DNA of 64,000 nt, the filler included, from Sphacelaria rigidula (lineage: Eukaryota), in assembly GCA_964200075.2 (NCBI GenBank). It is 10 parts of 10 records of this genome, joined end to end, with 100 filler letters (N's around TTAATTAATTAA, not from the genome) between each part and the next. Parts side by side here need not be neighbours in the genome. Positions count along the whole stretch, not along the records: positions 38,470 to 44,780 come from CAXNAA020020853.1; positions 44,881 to 51,191 come from CAXNAA020020854.1; positions 51,292 to 57,602 come from CAXNAA020020855.1; 7 more parts are not named here. One strand, given 5' to 3'. Shown here piece by piece: positions 38,470-51,525 of the stretch. Both the position numbers and the translations under genes were made by a program. The notes under the pieces were generated by a model, which worked only from the letters and a program-made list of their open reading frames with translations, searched no databases and was not told where the DNA came from. Within the stretch, counting starts at the first letter, position 1; the number at the start of each line of letters is the position of its first letter.

Positions 38470-41400
38470 TCCAGAGACAGCCACAGCTTTTACACTGCCT
38501 CATGGGTGTCTAACCGCCGGGGGGGGAGCGATGCACTATCCGTGCCCTTTCCCTTGCACTTGCATAGACATTGAGAATGCGTGATGGTCAATGGATGACT
38601 GGAGGCCTCTATGTCGCCAATATAACTTGTTGGCCAAGTTTCGCAAGATAGAGGATGAACTATCATTATCCGGTGAGGAAGATTCGGAGCAATACTCATC
38701 CACTACAAACGAATCTCGACCATCGTGCACCTACCTGAACTTGACGCGAGACTGTTTTTCTCGGCGGGGGGGGAGGGAAGTGGTTAAGGGGTAGAGGGTG
38801 CGGGGGGCGTCTCCGGCGAATGTCGTTCTCTTCCCCATGTGCGCGACAATTTTCTAATTGTGAGTTCTGTGCCTACCTTAGACTGTTTGGTGGTATAATG
38901 GCATAAAAACTACTAGAATCCAGTACGGTATAAAAAATCACTTGGTTTTGGTGTGATGTGATAAACTACTTAGGTTTATCATGGTATCAAACAATGATTG
39001 CTTTCGGTGTGGTGAATTATGTAGCAATCAACAATCAACACCCTCGTGTCAGCATGCTATTGTATCGGTACTACTTGACTTCTCTTGACTTCTACATGGA
39101 TATCATCCTACTTCGGTGTCACGAACTATATTATACCTTCTTTGGTTTAGTTGTTTTGTGTCGACATCTTCTTCAGATCGCCACGGAGTCAAAAACTGCT
39201 TGACTTCAGCATGGAGTCAGTACTTAGTTGATAATCATACGATACTTTTTCAACTTTTGGATACCCAAAATTTGATGTTCTCCATCACGAGGTTAGGATG
39301 GAGGGCAGGAGGTACCCCAAACTCCAGTTCATGGGTGCTATCAGCTTGTCGCGTTCGTATGTATAGTTTGCTTTCGTTGGGCTGCATCGCATGACATCGC
39401 TTGGCGTCCCAAGGGCGCTCGCATCATTGATGATTATACCCCGCCGTTTGCCGATACTGAGGCCGAAGTTATTATGCGACTAAATTAATCATTCCCGTTT
39501 TGTCCAAAACAAAATCAAAGTATGGAAGAAAATGTCACGACAGAACTGTTTAGAGGCACACAAACCTGTGAAAATTTACGCCCTGGGTAATGACAATATA
39601 TACGTGGTTAATACTTGCCATAGACAAATAAATATACTGCGTCAAGTATAGGCCTCTTGCAACTATTGACCGTATATTGTTCAGGGTGCAAAATATTTCC
39701 TCATGGCGGAAAAATGTCAATTCGGCAGTGGTGCCGGTACAGACCTTGTCCTCAAATCTTATCAGCGCACAGGTGTTCGTGGACGTCACACCCCCTCAAT
39801 CCACGTAGTTAAAGTGCTTGAAACATCGACAGATACCTCAATATATGCTTTGAAAAGCTTGGAGTGCAGGTGATCTATGGTACCGCCGCTGTCTTCGCGC
39901 ACGAAAAATGAGACAGCTGAATGTTCACACGCATGCTGCCACAACACGTACACGTCACGCACAGTATGCAGTACCGACAATGAGTAGCACACGCAGTAAG
40001 TCTTGGCATGTAGCAAGGCGACGAAAGCACACAGCAACTACTGACTCGTGCAGTCGTTTCCACTGGCGACAAGCTTCTGCCACTCTCTGGAGGTGTCGAG
40101 GAAGCCTGGAGAGGTTGTATGGGAGAGTTTCGTGGAAGATGAGGTTGGCTTTTCCAGCAGACAAGATTGACGTTGCAGCAGTACTCGATATCCCCTCAGG
40201 ATTGGTAGTACGGCACATATCCCGTACAGTCGGTACATGATCTATAAACGGAGGATCAAAAAGCAAGCAAACGCACTGGAGAAGTCCCACAACTACTGGA
40301 CGGGTTACCCCCAACACAGGTGTGGCGCTCTCAGCCGAGCAAGGGCCAGGTTTCGAGCTGTTGTGAATGTGCTTGGACTCCCCGTGAGTATCATTGGGTC
40401 GCCCAAGCATGATGTTGGTCGCGATTGGCTTTTGCGGTGCGGGAGTCTTGGACACTCGAGAAACTAAGGGCCTTTACATAAGTTGATGTGTGAACTGTTC
40501 CCCACAAAATATATGTTCGTCCGTTGCTCTAACCCAGCCCTTGATATAAAGTCGGAGTATGCCTTGGCCATCGGCTCATGAAAAATCGGGCAGATTTTGG
40601 TTTGTCAGCAACGCCAGCGTTAACCAAATAACTGGTAAAAATCTTTGGGTTGCCACTGGTTTTTACCAGGGACAAGTGCCTATTGTCCAGTATCATCCTG
40701 CTCTCGTCATCGTAAAAAGAATCGTCTCGGCACGAATAAAAATACTGAATTTTCCTCCTGACCTCCCACCCCCCCCTCCTCCCACCAACCCGAAGGGAAA
40801 TATTCATTGGATAACGTCATCTCGTAAACCGTTTTCTTCGGCCAATCAGAGCAATCAGCCGGAAGCGCCGATCAGTCCGAAAACTGCGTCCCACTTCATT
40901 TGTTGATGTGCGCTGATTGGCTAATGAAACTCCGGGAAATTCCTCCCCTCAAGTAATCTCATCAAACCGGCAAAAGCGAACGGGTTAACGCTCCAAAGGT
41001 TCATGGATGACGCCTGCCGTTGACCAGGAAATGTCGGCCAATTAGATTTCGAGACTTCTTTGTTGATCAATCAAAACACTGAGTGACGATGTGTGCTTTA
41101 CTCTCTAGAAAACTCAGCACAGTGATGGTGTATCAGGCGTCGAAGTTGCACTCATTAAATATGTATTATCGAAATGAAAGTGACCACCCCGTCTTCCTCA
41201 CATTCATTCTCCATGGTGGTACAGTTTATTTGCACTCTCGGGGCGCTTTTTCCCCGTGGCATTTGAGATGAGCAACATCGACACATGCTGCCAACAGCAC
41301 TTTCATCATTAAAATGCAGTGAGGGTATCCAAAACCTCTTCGTACTCCCCAACCCCGCAAAATCAAGGTGCTTTTTGTGGTAGTAGTCCTCTTTGGCCTT

Positions 41401-43756
41401 CAGACTTCACGAAAATGGAGGCGACAACAAATTGCATGGGATCAAATGCCAACCGGTCCACACGCCCTTTGATACAATGACATGGACATGCTTTGTTTGT
41501 CCTTTTCCAATAACGCACGGTTACAAAAATACTCAATACTCGTGTTGGTCAGGGGGTACCAACCTCTTGTTTGAACATCTCAACGGGTAGCACAAGGACC
41601 GAGACTGAAACACGTCACATCCATACAACGGTGGCCAAGCAATATGCACAAACACCGCCAGTACAAGCGTATTGCGTCTAGCGCCAGCCCTTGCTTATCT
41701 ACACGCGGCGGTCTCTTATTTCACAGCAATCCATGTCGTATGCGAAAAGAAGTGGCTGTGTGCTTGCCGAAATTGTTACCAAAAACGCCGTTGTCAACAG
41801 CGTGTGGGCGTTTTGTCTAGGGCACGCCTTACACAATTCACCGCACCCCGTTCAATTTCGAACCAACTCGAACAAGTCGAAGGCATCGTGCTCAGTTGGT
41901 CAACAGCTACGTTCCGAGCTATCCCTCGTCAAATCTGAAACACTGGACCCCAAGTTCTGACAAGTCTTGTCTCAGCATGTATCGCCTTGTGCTCCGTACT
42001 CCATGTTTCCCTACAAGCGAAGCATCATGGCGGATGACCCATATTGTTTCCAGAAACTTCAACAATGCTTCTTTGAAACAGTTCCCAGGCGGGAAACAGT
42101 GTCGCAAAACTTTGAGGAGAAGGCGGGGTGGTATTACTGCAACCAATCACATGGCTTTTTTGGAAACTGCTTTCCTTGTCCCATTCAGGCACGACCTCGT
42201 GGATCCAAAAGCGGCAATTTTGTGATGGCGGTGGGAACTAGAAAAAATCAAGGAAAAAATGGAGATATATAGTGAATTCAGAGTTTTGCAAATAATCAGG
42301 AGATCTTACTCCTTGGTCGGGCTAAACGTCGGAGAGTCTCAAGAGAGACAGACACAGGACGAGTTGAGCGTTTCGGGGGTTCAGCCGAACTTAAAACAAT
42401 GAGTCTACGAGTTTAAGAGTATCGTAGCATCACCAGCCTAACCCGCATCAAACAACACACTCATGCTGCTGCTGCTGTTGTTGTTGTTGCTGCTGCTGCT
42501 ATCTAGCGTTGACGGAGCGTAGCTCGTAATCCTCGGGGGCAAGTTGACACGAAAGTTGTAGTTGTGATTTGGGGTTGAGTTGCCGCACCAGCGCGCACAA
42601 AACAAGACGCGAAGCAGACGTGCATCCACACTTTGCAGAGTGTTGCAGAGTGTTGCAGGATGTTGCAGGATGGGGGATCCCCACACGTAAAACAATAATG
42701 CAAAACTCCACTTGAGAAGAAAAAACAACATGCACAATACCTTCTTCTGCCCAGCAGGAAGAAATGTGCTATGCACCATCAGCCTCTGTCATAATAGTAG
42801 TGACAGTTGCGGTACCTCTGCACCTAAGCCATATTTTATTTCAAATGACTGCTAGACTAGACTGCTGGGCAACTAGCACTGTTCTCATGACTGCGAATCG
42901 GGTGGTAGAATGAGGTACGAGTACATATTTTTCCCGCACGACGATCCGCTACATGGGAGCTCTCGAACCCCAATCGCTGCTGTCACGTTTGTTGTTTCGC
43001 GTGCTAGACTGGTGTTTTTTCGGGGACTGTCGATGAAGAAAAGGGTGAAAAGACCGCATCCCACACGGCTCAGCGCACGCCAAAAAGCAGGATACCCAAT
43101 GGACGGGACACAGTACAGCGTCGAGAAGATGAACTGGCATCGAAGTGAGAATCTAGGGCTATAATATGGTGTCTAGCTTTTGTTGCCATGGTTCTTCTAC
43201 AAAGCAGACGGTGTTCGTACTCGCTCGGCGCCTCCGCTTGTGGCGTTCAACGGCGAGTCAGTCGGAATTGAAGATGCAAGCAACGAGATTTCCTCCTGTG
43301 GTGCATGTTGTTGCAATATTGGTGGAGAGAAAAAAAATCTCAAGACGGCCTCGACTTCTACACCATCCGATTGGGTAGTGCTGGGACGATAAGTGTACGA
43401 AAATGCTACATTGTGAAAGGAAAAATCATTCGCGATGTTTGCGCACAGGGCGTACAAGCGAGCTGTATCACTACGGAAATGTCAGATGAGAAAACACTCG
43501 CGCTGGCTGCTGGATGCCGCAACAGCTGACGACGCCAGGTCCACGTTGCGACCAATGACACGTCAAACTCCATGTAGACAACATGCGAGGGCACCTCGAA
43601 TGGTACATCGGTTACGGACATACGCGGAGGAGCAGGCAATATCCCTCGGAACTTCGGTGATGCCGAGGAACCCATTTCGCGACATCATGGGACAACTGTG
43701 AGATCCCCATATCTGTAAAACAAACGTGCAGCGGGATTGTCGACGAACATAAATTC

Positions 43757-44014
43757 CACGGGTAGGACGAATCGTCACGAATTCGAATCACCAAATCCAC
43801 GATTTCTTCGACCTGAATGCCCGAAAGGGAGAAAAGAGTTGACCGCTGGTCCAAGGGGTGTCCACGTAACTTTTGCGCCATTCCACGTGCCTGGGCTGCG
43901 TGTACCTAAGTTGCAACGCTGAGAACAAAGCTTAGGCATTGATTCGTACGATTCGAATCAATGTGGCAAAAACCAAGCAGTTTCCAGACGACTCATTGAT
44001 TTGTCCGACCCGTG
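43757..44014. mobile_element. 258-bp MITE, second copy of the 28825-29089 family
   Basis: Ends CACGGGTAGGAC...GTCCGACCCGTG; shared core TTTTGCGCCATTCCAC..GTGCCTGGGCTGCG..ATTGATTCGTACG; TSD degenerate. Confidence 0.8.
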
Positions 44015-44780
44015 CATATTTCTTAGCAACGTACGAAGTAACCAGCAACCAAGTATAGTTAAACGGAAATTCCTTGTACACTCTGAAATACTGCCCTCCA
44101 ACAATGCCCTCGACTTTTCTTGATGCGCACGCGGCTAGAAGTCGCGCCAGGATGGCGCGAGGTACCACCGTTACATCCACTGCTGGAGTACTTGGACACC
44201 ACAATATGGTTAGCTCACAGGCTAGGTCTGCAGATTTGGTGGCGGCGCGAGTAGAGGTAGAAAGAAACCGTGCGCTCAGGTGCGACCTCGGTCCAGGCAA
44301 CGCGACACTTCAGCGATTGCCTGGCGTTTCCGTAGCCATGTTTTCTCCGTACAAGATCGTGCGGGGGGCGGGGTTTGATCTAGGATTGCACGGGTGGGGC
44401 GCACTATCGCAAATCTGCTCCATTAGCGACGGCAGCTACTTTCAGGTGAAGAATTAGCTGCGTACAGGCCGATATCGCCGAGCGAAAAATGACCACATTC
44501 GTACACGAATTCCAACGGTTGTGATACTGCCTCGCACGTCTTGGATGCGCAGACGACACTCGCAGTTGAGGTGACACCCGCAGTTGAGAAACGTCAAGTT
44601 GGTGTCGAGGCCCACTATATCCTCCGTGGATGTAGGCACCAGCTGCATCTCGCGATGACGTTTTTGCTCTTCTGTGGGCCCTGTAATCCCGCCCCCCCCC
44701 CCCCACTTCCGATGCTCCGTCTCGAAAGGGATGCGTGGTCAATGGTCACACGACTAAGGCAAGCAACAAATGAGTACGCC

Positions 44781-44880
44781 NNNNNNNNNNNNNNNNNNNN
44801 NNNNNNNNNNNNNNNNNNNNNNNNTTAATTAATTAANNNNNNNNNNNNNNNNNNNNNNNNNNNNNNNNNNNNNNNNNNNN
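44781..44880. other. Artificial contig linker
   Basis: N44-TTAATTAATTAA-N44. Confidence 0.98.
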
Positions 44881-45010
44881 TGCTAAGATTGTTCGGCCCG
44901 AAGCCTACTGATTATCTTGCATTCGGATGACAGCCAACAATGAGTTGCTTTATTATCTGGTATCGCCACTGCCAGAGACAGCCACGGCTTTTACACTGCC
45001 TCATGGGTGT
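44881..45010 (+). repeat. Repeat family A, 3' part at contig start
   Basis: GCTAAGATTGTTCGGCCCGAAGCCTACT...GGTATCGCCAC...CTGCCTCATGGGTGT. Confidence 0.8.
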
Positions 45011-45224
45011 GTAACAGCGCGTGGGGGGGGGGGGGACAAAATGACCGAAAATGATTGTTGTACAAATCCTGTGACACTCCATAGCAATCTCGAAGCGCAG
45101 CTCTCAAATCTGCGCTGATATATCCAGAATAACGTACAGATCCGTTTGTGGGCTGGCCCAGCCGCTCCCACGAGAAAACTTGCAAGCCCTCGTCGTGTGG
45201 CGGTTACCTTCATTCCGTGCATAC

Positions 45225-45662
45225 CTCTGCGGTAGGATCATCGAAAGCGAGAAAGACGCAGTTCACCAGGATGAGGCACACGACGCTTTGATCGAACAGC
45301 TCATGCGATACCACCGCATTCGCCGCTCGAGACACCCCCCTTGTTTTTCGTGACAAGGCCTCCACAGCCGCCGCGCAGGTTCCAAAGCACCCGATCCTCG
45401 TTCCTACGGCTATAATGGCGACAAAGACTCGCCCGATAGCGTTATCTTCATTTCTGATATCTCCGCCATCGCCAGTTGTCTCCGATTTCAGCTTCGCAAT
45501 GCACCCATCTTGTCCATCCACACGTGCATCAACGTTTAGGTTCGCCTCTGGTATATTCGTTCCACTATCTTCAATTTTCTCATCATAGTCATCATCAAGG
45601 TTCACGGTTTTCATCAGATCCATGTGAGTATCGGTGTCCTCCACTCCCGCAAGCCTCGCCAT
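45225..45662 (-). CDS. Probable first coding exon of a voltage-gated Ca2+/Na+ channel alpha subunit (N-terminus plus first S1 helix)
   Basis: AAAACATGG start; 146 codons ending AVVSHELFDQSVVCLILVNCVFLAFDDPTAE, typical of Cav/Nav repeat-I S1; phase-0 GAG|GTATGC donor. Confidence 0.7.
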
Positions 45663-46381
45663 GTTTTATGCCCCTGCTCTGCGGTATTGACGTAGCAACT
45701 AGGCAATATACGAGAGATTCATCTCAAAGAACACTCCTGAGCTATGCTACTTTGATACATCATTGCAGAAGCCCCGACGAACGCATTACTTGACCGGCCC
45801 ACACGTCAGCATTTTGTTCATGTTTGAGGAAGCCGAAGTTTTGAATTGACCCGCAACAAACATGGATGGGTTGGATAGGCCCAAACATCCTCAGCCGTTT
45901 CAATGCACGTCGCAAGCAGCGTGGCGATTATAAATCGATTTTTCCGGCTCATATACTGCTAGCCTGAATAGTAGGCATGAGCTGTACGTTACTCTTATTC
46001 GCCATCGCACGGCAGGTAAAAAGTACATCGTCCACGAAGACGCGAATACGACGGAGATATGTGACCGCGGGCCTGAATTACTGTTTCCTAGTCGAAAATG
46101 TCTAGTATGAATCTCGCCGCATTTCATTCATGGGCCCAAGTACAAGTACAGTACAGTAGTAGCCTCGCAGACAGCAGGTGGGGAGCGGTTAGTTGCCGAT
46201 ATAGATGCAGAGCTGTGATAGTGCTGACCTGGTTGTGATACGTGTTTTTGGAGCCTTACTAGAGTTTTCCAGGGTTACTATAGTGTTGGAACATCTCCAA
46301 CTTTTTGCGGCATCACTTCTCAATTGCTGTCCCCTCTGCTTGGTTGTCTGTGCAACAGCTGCTCGGGCGCCGGTGCCCAAA

Positions 46382-46591
46382 ATGGCAACCTCTAGTGCGG
46401 GCAGCACTATAGCTTCGCTTCGCCGAGCTAACGATCTACTTGGACAACTGAGACAGAGCATACGACAGGTCGAGGTTGTGCCGGTAGTCTCAAAGACGAC
46501 TCCAGGGTCTGGTGGTGGTGATGCTGACAGCGCACAACGGCAGAAAGTAGATCGGAGCGAGACCGTTTTCTGGACTGCAAGCACCATCCAG
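46382..46591 (+). CDS. SEC20: Sec20/BNIP1-type SNARE, exon 1
   Basis: MATSSAGSTIASLRRANDLLGQLRQSIRQVE...ASTIQ; CAG|GTATGG donor, phase 0; start assignment less certain than the later exons. Confidence 0.7.
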
Positions 46592-48280
46592 GTATGGTGG
46601 TGATGCGCCCATACCACCGCAAATTTCCCCTCCTGAAATGTGTTTCAATAGTGCAGGATCGTTCGTGCCTGGCTATTGCGTCGTAGGATGGCGAGAATGA
46701 GACCAACTAGGGGGCTGGCTCCATGGGCTGCAAATTATTGAGCCCCCCCTTCCTCCTCCCGGAGGTTCCTTCCGGAGGAGATGATTTTGGGCACCCAAGA
46801 AGTTATTCGCGCACACTGGCACTGTATCTCAAATGCGTTCGTCCTGATGAAATGGCGCTCACCGTGCGCCTCTCAGGCTGCGGTGCCATCATCTCCATGA
46901 GCTCTGCGGCGGTGGGCGGCTGTGTGTTTCATGGGGGTGGTTTCCACCGAATGTTCGCCACATGATACTGGAAGATAACCCCATGAATTTAGAGGCCGCA
47001 CGATCTTCACTGTATAACACCCGCTCAAAAGCACCTCATAGCAGCTTTCGTGGCTTCGATGCGTTGTTTTTAGTTCACGGAGTCACGTGGACCAATGTTC
47101 ATGCGGTCATATTGCAATTCTACAGAGTAACAAATCTGGGTATGCGTCGTGTCCCGAATTTTGCAAGTTGTTGTGCCGCTTGCACGAGCGCGCGCCCAAC
47201 AGTCGTAGGGTGTGTCGATCACTCCGCAGGGGTCTCGTTTTTGGGGGGTGGAAATCACCGACGGGGGGGTCTTCAGAATCCAGGCCGTAGAAAGGTGATA
47301 AAAAGAAGCGTTGGAGAGGTTCTTCGGTCATTCGATTTTGCGCCGTGCGGTGGGTTGAACGGCGGCTGTGGAGGGCCGATAGTGGTCATATAGGGGGTAG
47401 TACACTTTGGACAAATGGGGTACAAAATAAACAAAAGTTTTTTATGGGTATCCTTACCCGTTGTCGAAACAAATGGGGTACTCTTCGAGGCCCTTGTTTC
47501 CCACGGTGCTGTTCGGCCCTAAATCGCGCTTTTTTTTTGCGATAGTTGACGTACATTCTCTGCACGGGCTGTGGGTGCCTTGCCTTTGCGTCGGGATTGA
47601 TTTCTCAGAGGTTTGAGCCTAGCGCGGACAGCTCCAACTAGTGTGTTTACCTGTACCTACTTTTGGGTTGATATAGGCGGTGATGCACCCATATCTGCCA
47701 TTTGCTCCAAAAGTATGTCGTTCTTTTATTTCCTACATTGCCGAGACAAATCCGCGCTGGCTCTCGGGCAATCATCAAACAGCCGCACCTGGGAAGGGGG
47801 GTTGTCGCTGCGTCTTTTCGGAATAGCTCGTTTACAGAAGACGGCACCATAGTGGTGGTGTTACCTTTATGTTGTACTATTCACCCCTGAGCAACTGTGC
47901 TGTCTGTACAATACGTGGAAGTTTGGTGTTGTGCGACGGAAGATACTACATGCTGAACAACTCTCCACCCGGGACTGACTTGAGTCTGATACGATTGATG
48001 AAAACGCGTCTTGTATATGGTTGTCGGCGACGATACAACGAAGGTCGTGCCCGTGGGCCTTGATTGTTGGGCACAAGCCCCGTCGAGTTGGAGGTACACA
48101 TTTTTTCTGGTAGTCAAGTCCTAGATCTTAACCTCGCTTTTCCCTTGTTCTTATCTTCTGGTTACGTTTCCTTGCCTTTCCCATCTCATTTTTCTCTTTT
48201 TTACTCCACTGTGCCTGTTCTGTCTTTCTTCTCTATCCTTCCTTGTTCTACGAGCTTCTTAGGAACTGTTCCGTCTATAC

Positions 48281-48368
48281 ATCTTGGGTAGGCCTGTCGT
48301 GTAATCACGGCTGGATTTGTAGAAATCTGTCAGCTTGCGACAGCCAATCACTCTATCAATCAGTCAAC
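48281..48368 (+). mobile_element. Degenerate LINE 3' tail copy in Sec20 intron 1
   Basis: ATCTTGGGTAG..CACGGCTGGAT...TGCGACAGCCAATC..TCAATCAGTCAAC. Confidence 0.55.
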
Positions 48369-48565
48369 TTGAGCAAATCAGTCATTGACGTGGAATGCAC
48401 AAGCTTTCCCCCCATCGCATTCACGCTTTTCTCGTGAAATGCACGAAACTCCCTTCAACAACGGGCGCGTGTCGCTGTCTTAGTCCCGTGGTACTCCACC
48501 TTGACCATGTCTCTCTAGTGTCTCACATCTGGTTGGATGTCTTTAATTTTTTCCGGCGCGAACAG

Positions 48566-48682
48566 GCGTTCAACAACTCCAGCATCCGAACCGTTGCGGC
48601 TATCCGCGAGGCTCTCGCGGATGCTCGATACGAAGCGGAGCAACGCGACGGCGACGGAGACGGAGGCACCCTTCTGACGAAG
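48566..48682 (+). CDS. SEC20: Sec20/BNIP1-type SNARE, exon 2
   Basis: AACAG|AFNNSSIRTVAAIREALADARYEAEQRDGDGDGGTLLTK|GTGAGA, phase 0/0. Confidence 0.8.
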
Positions 48683-48959
48683 GTGAGATGATGGTGAACG
48701 TGAGAGTTGTCTACGGGCCAGCAGTGTCCCTGTAGACGCACTACAAGCCGCAGTTCAGAGTGCTCACGGCAATTTCGCCACGATAACCCAATGTCACACA
48801 CCGTGTGCTTGAGTACATCGTTTTGGTCTACAGCCGTGATACCTCCCCCACAGTAGGACGTACATGACCAAGGATGAGTAATTGCTCATTAACATCGACC
48901 CAGAACGTTTGAACCGCCCCACCTCTTCCTTCCTTGAACAACGCGCCTACCCACAATAG

Positions 48960-49111
48960 GTAGCACAAGCTGAGAGGGATCTTGAACATCTGCGGTCGCA
49001 ACTGCGACGATCAGTAGCTGCTCGTAAGCGACACGAGGAGCGACGTTACAACGCCCGAGGCAGGGCGGAGCTTCTAGGCACGGACGGTGCCGGTGGTAGC
49101 GGCGGGGTGAT
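48960..49111 (+). CDS. SEC20: Sec20/BNIP1-type SNARE, exon 3
   Basis: AATAG|VAQAERDLEHLRSQLRRSVAARKRHEERRYNARGRAELLGTDGAGGSGGV-AT|GTGAGC, phase 0/2; R-x-ELL motif typical of Sec20. Confidence 0.8.
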
Positions 49112-49736
49112 GTGAGCAACGCAGTCTTGTTCTTGGGCGAAGAGGACGAAGTGCCTCGCGTGTGTGGGGCTCTGTGCGGTTTCATGTAGGCAACCTTGCT
49201 GTTTACATACTGCGGCCGAAACTGGATATATGTCCGTGCTCTAGTGACCAACTCTAAGCTCTTGCGCTTCCCGTCTCGTGCGACATGCTGACGTGGTTTG
49301 CTCCTCGACCAGACGCAAAGCGCACGGCGTTCACCACCAACTCTGTGTGTGTTGAACAGAACTTTGAAATTTCGATTTTCGGGTTTTGCACGGGGGCAAG
49401 TGGAGGCAGCTGCCGAGGTTTCCGCTTGTATTTTATCTGCTTGTTTCCCCCGGTTTCCCCCGCAGGTGTTATTCGAGGATCATTACCTATCAAATTTACT
49501 ACTCGAGTCGGCCGCAAATAGAGGCAGTGTTTGCGCGAATTTCCTAGTTGTTTTTTGCATGTCGATAAACATCGTAGTCTTTGGCCGTAGTAGCCGCATT
49601 GGTGTTGCCATGATTTTGTCGGCGCTTACTCCATCTGTCTGCACTGTGGACGATTTTCACATATCTCATGTTGTCCATCACCACCCACCTTCCCCCACGC
49701 CCCAATCGACCCCTCCCGCCGAACGACTGTTTGCAG

Positions 49737-49938
49737 CCGACGGCGAGGAGCGTCGGATGGGCGAGGCGCTGGAGATAGTGTCTCCTCACGAGGGCCAGCG
49801 GGGGAGGCTCGAGAGATGAAGCTGTCACTTCAGCGCACAAGGAAGATGATGGCGGAGCAGTTGGAACGTGTGGCGCAGGTGTCGGAGGTTATGGGGGAAC
49901 AGGACGCGTTACTGCGGGATACTTACGAGCAACACCAG
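49737..49938 (+). CDS. SEC20: Sec20/BNIP1-type SNARE, exon 4 (SNARE motif)
   Basis: TTTGCAG acceptor after a ~140-nt AG-free zone; ...MKLSLQRTRKMMAEQLERVAQVSEVMGEQDALLRDTYEQHQ; CAG|GCAAGG donor. Confidence 0.85.
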
Positions 49939-50626
49939 GCAAGGGTGCCAACGTTGCCATAGATTCACCACTGATGATATATGTTGCATTAGTTTCATGG
50001 TCTCGTGCTCCTTGAGTATCGTATCGATCATTTCGTTGCTGCAATATCACAAAGCCAATGGTGGTTGGCGTCTTTTTTCTTGGTGGTGCTTTCACCCCTT
50101 GGCGGCATCTCCTCTGCTTTTACGGATGTCGACGGTTTGCCCCCTTGAAAGATCAATTTCCCCCCGTTTTATTATTTCACGTCGTGGGTCTAGTATGACA
50201 CTGCGTTATAAGAACCGCATACTCTTGCTGCATAGACTCAGCTGTATAAGTGATGATAGCGACCGGTATATTGCGGAAGGGTTTTGTCAGCCTGGGCATC
50301 GGTTGCCGGTGCCTCCTTCCCACCCTCACCGCCCCAACTGCTCTTTTTCCCACCCACCGTAGTTTTCGGCTTGCACACCCGCAGAAGGGCCCATACTCAT
50401 CATACCGTCTAGCTTCTCCTGTGTCATATATGGCACTGTGTGCTAACCACCAATGCGTTTTGTGACGCGTGATGCATCTACTAGTCTGGATCGCGTGTTC
50501 TCCTGGATGCCGTTCGGCTGTATCCCCACCCTGTGCGGTCGCGCGTGTGAACATGACTTTATCTGTCTGTCGGCTAATATATATCTCGCTGCGATACTCC
50601 GCTACGACCACATTTTTGCTGGGCAG

Positions 50627-50785
50627 GGGATCGGCGGCACCGTCCGGCGGGCGCGCACGACGTTGCATCGTCTGAAGGCTGCGGACATCATGGACACGGT
50701 GTTCATGGTCGGCTCCACGTTTATTTTTTTCGCAACTGTGTGTTTTGTATTATACCAAAGGTTACCTACCCTCGGGCTGTTGTGA
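50627..50785 (+). CDS. SEC20: Sec20/BNIP1-type SNARE, exon 5 (tail anchor, stop)
   Basis: CAG|GIGGTVRRARTTLHRLKAADIMDTVFMVGSTFIFFATVCFVLYQRLPTLGLL*; D-x-x-D, TM helix, RL; joined CDS 840 nt = 279 aa. Confidence 0.85.
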   Translation, partial: GIGGTVRRARTTLHRLKAADIMDTVFMVGSTFIFFATVCFVLYQRLPTLGLL

Positions 50786-51191
50786 CACATGGAAGCAGTT
50801 ATAAACTACTGCTGCCCAGCCCAAGGGGAACCATATCCTTCAGTTCCGACGCCACACCCAAAAACAATCTCTGCACCCAGATTTGGCGCGCGCGCGGGGA
50901 GGAGGGGCGGGGGAGGATACCCTAAATCCAAGTAATTAGGTTGCCGGACGTGAGTCAGTGTTCTGAAAATGAAGCTGGCTCACGTCTTGGAAGTGTGTCC
51001 TGAAGTTGGAGCAAGGAATTACACTGTGAGACTTTGGTACCAGGAGCTGATACGGTGATGAAAGAAGTCTGCTAGTAGTCAGGTGGCTGTGCTTTTGAAT
51101 TTCCTGGCGACGGTGCCGTACCCTATCGGGGGAGGGGGTGGGGATGTACTCATGATCATGCATGCCATAGTCACGAGACCGTTGACCTCGC

Positions 51192-51291
51192 NNNNNNNNN
51201 NNNNNNNNNNNNNNNNNNNNNNNNNNNNNNNNNNNTTAATTAATTAANNNNNNNNNNNNNNNNNNNNNNNNNNNNNNNNNNNNNNNNNNNN
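51192..51291. other. Artificial contig linker
   Basis: N44-TTAATTAATTAA-N44. Confidence 0.98.
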
Positions 51292-51502
51292 GGTGTTTGC
51301 CTTTACTTTTTATCGCGAGAGGGGTTCAGCAGTCCCTTTGCCTCGTCGACCGTTGAGTCGAATTTTGTGTACCCACGACATAGTCCCTCTCCACTGTTGT
51401 TGGGCATGGTGTGAGAAAAAATCCCAGATCTCTCCGACATTCGAACCCACGACCCAACCGTCAGGAGGTTTCGAGGTTACCAACTGAGCCACCGGGGCAA
51501 CC
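51292..51502 (-). mobile_element. tRNA-derived SINE, 5' part (3' end cut by contig start)
   Basis: Reverse complement GCCCCGGTGGCTCAGTTGG (A box)...GGGTTCGAAT (B box); homologous to the 23290 copy. Confidence 0.8.
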
Positions 51503-51525
51503 GGTCTAAGAAGCAATGAGTGGAG

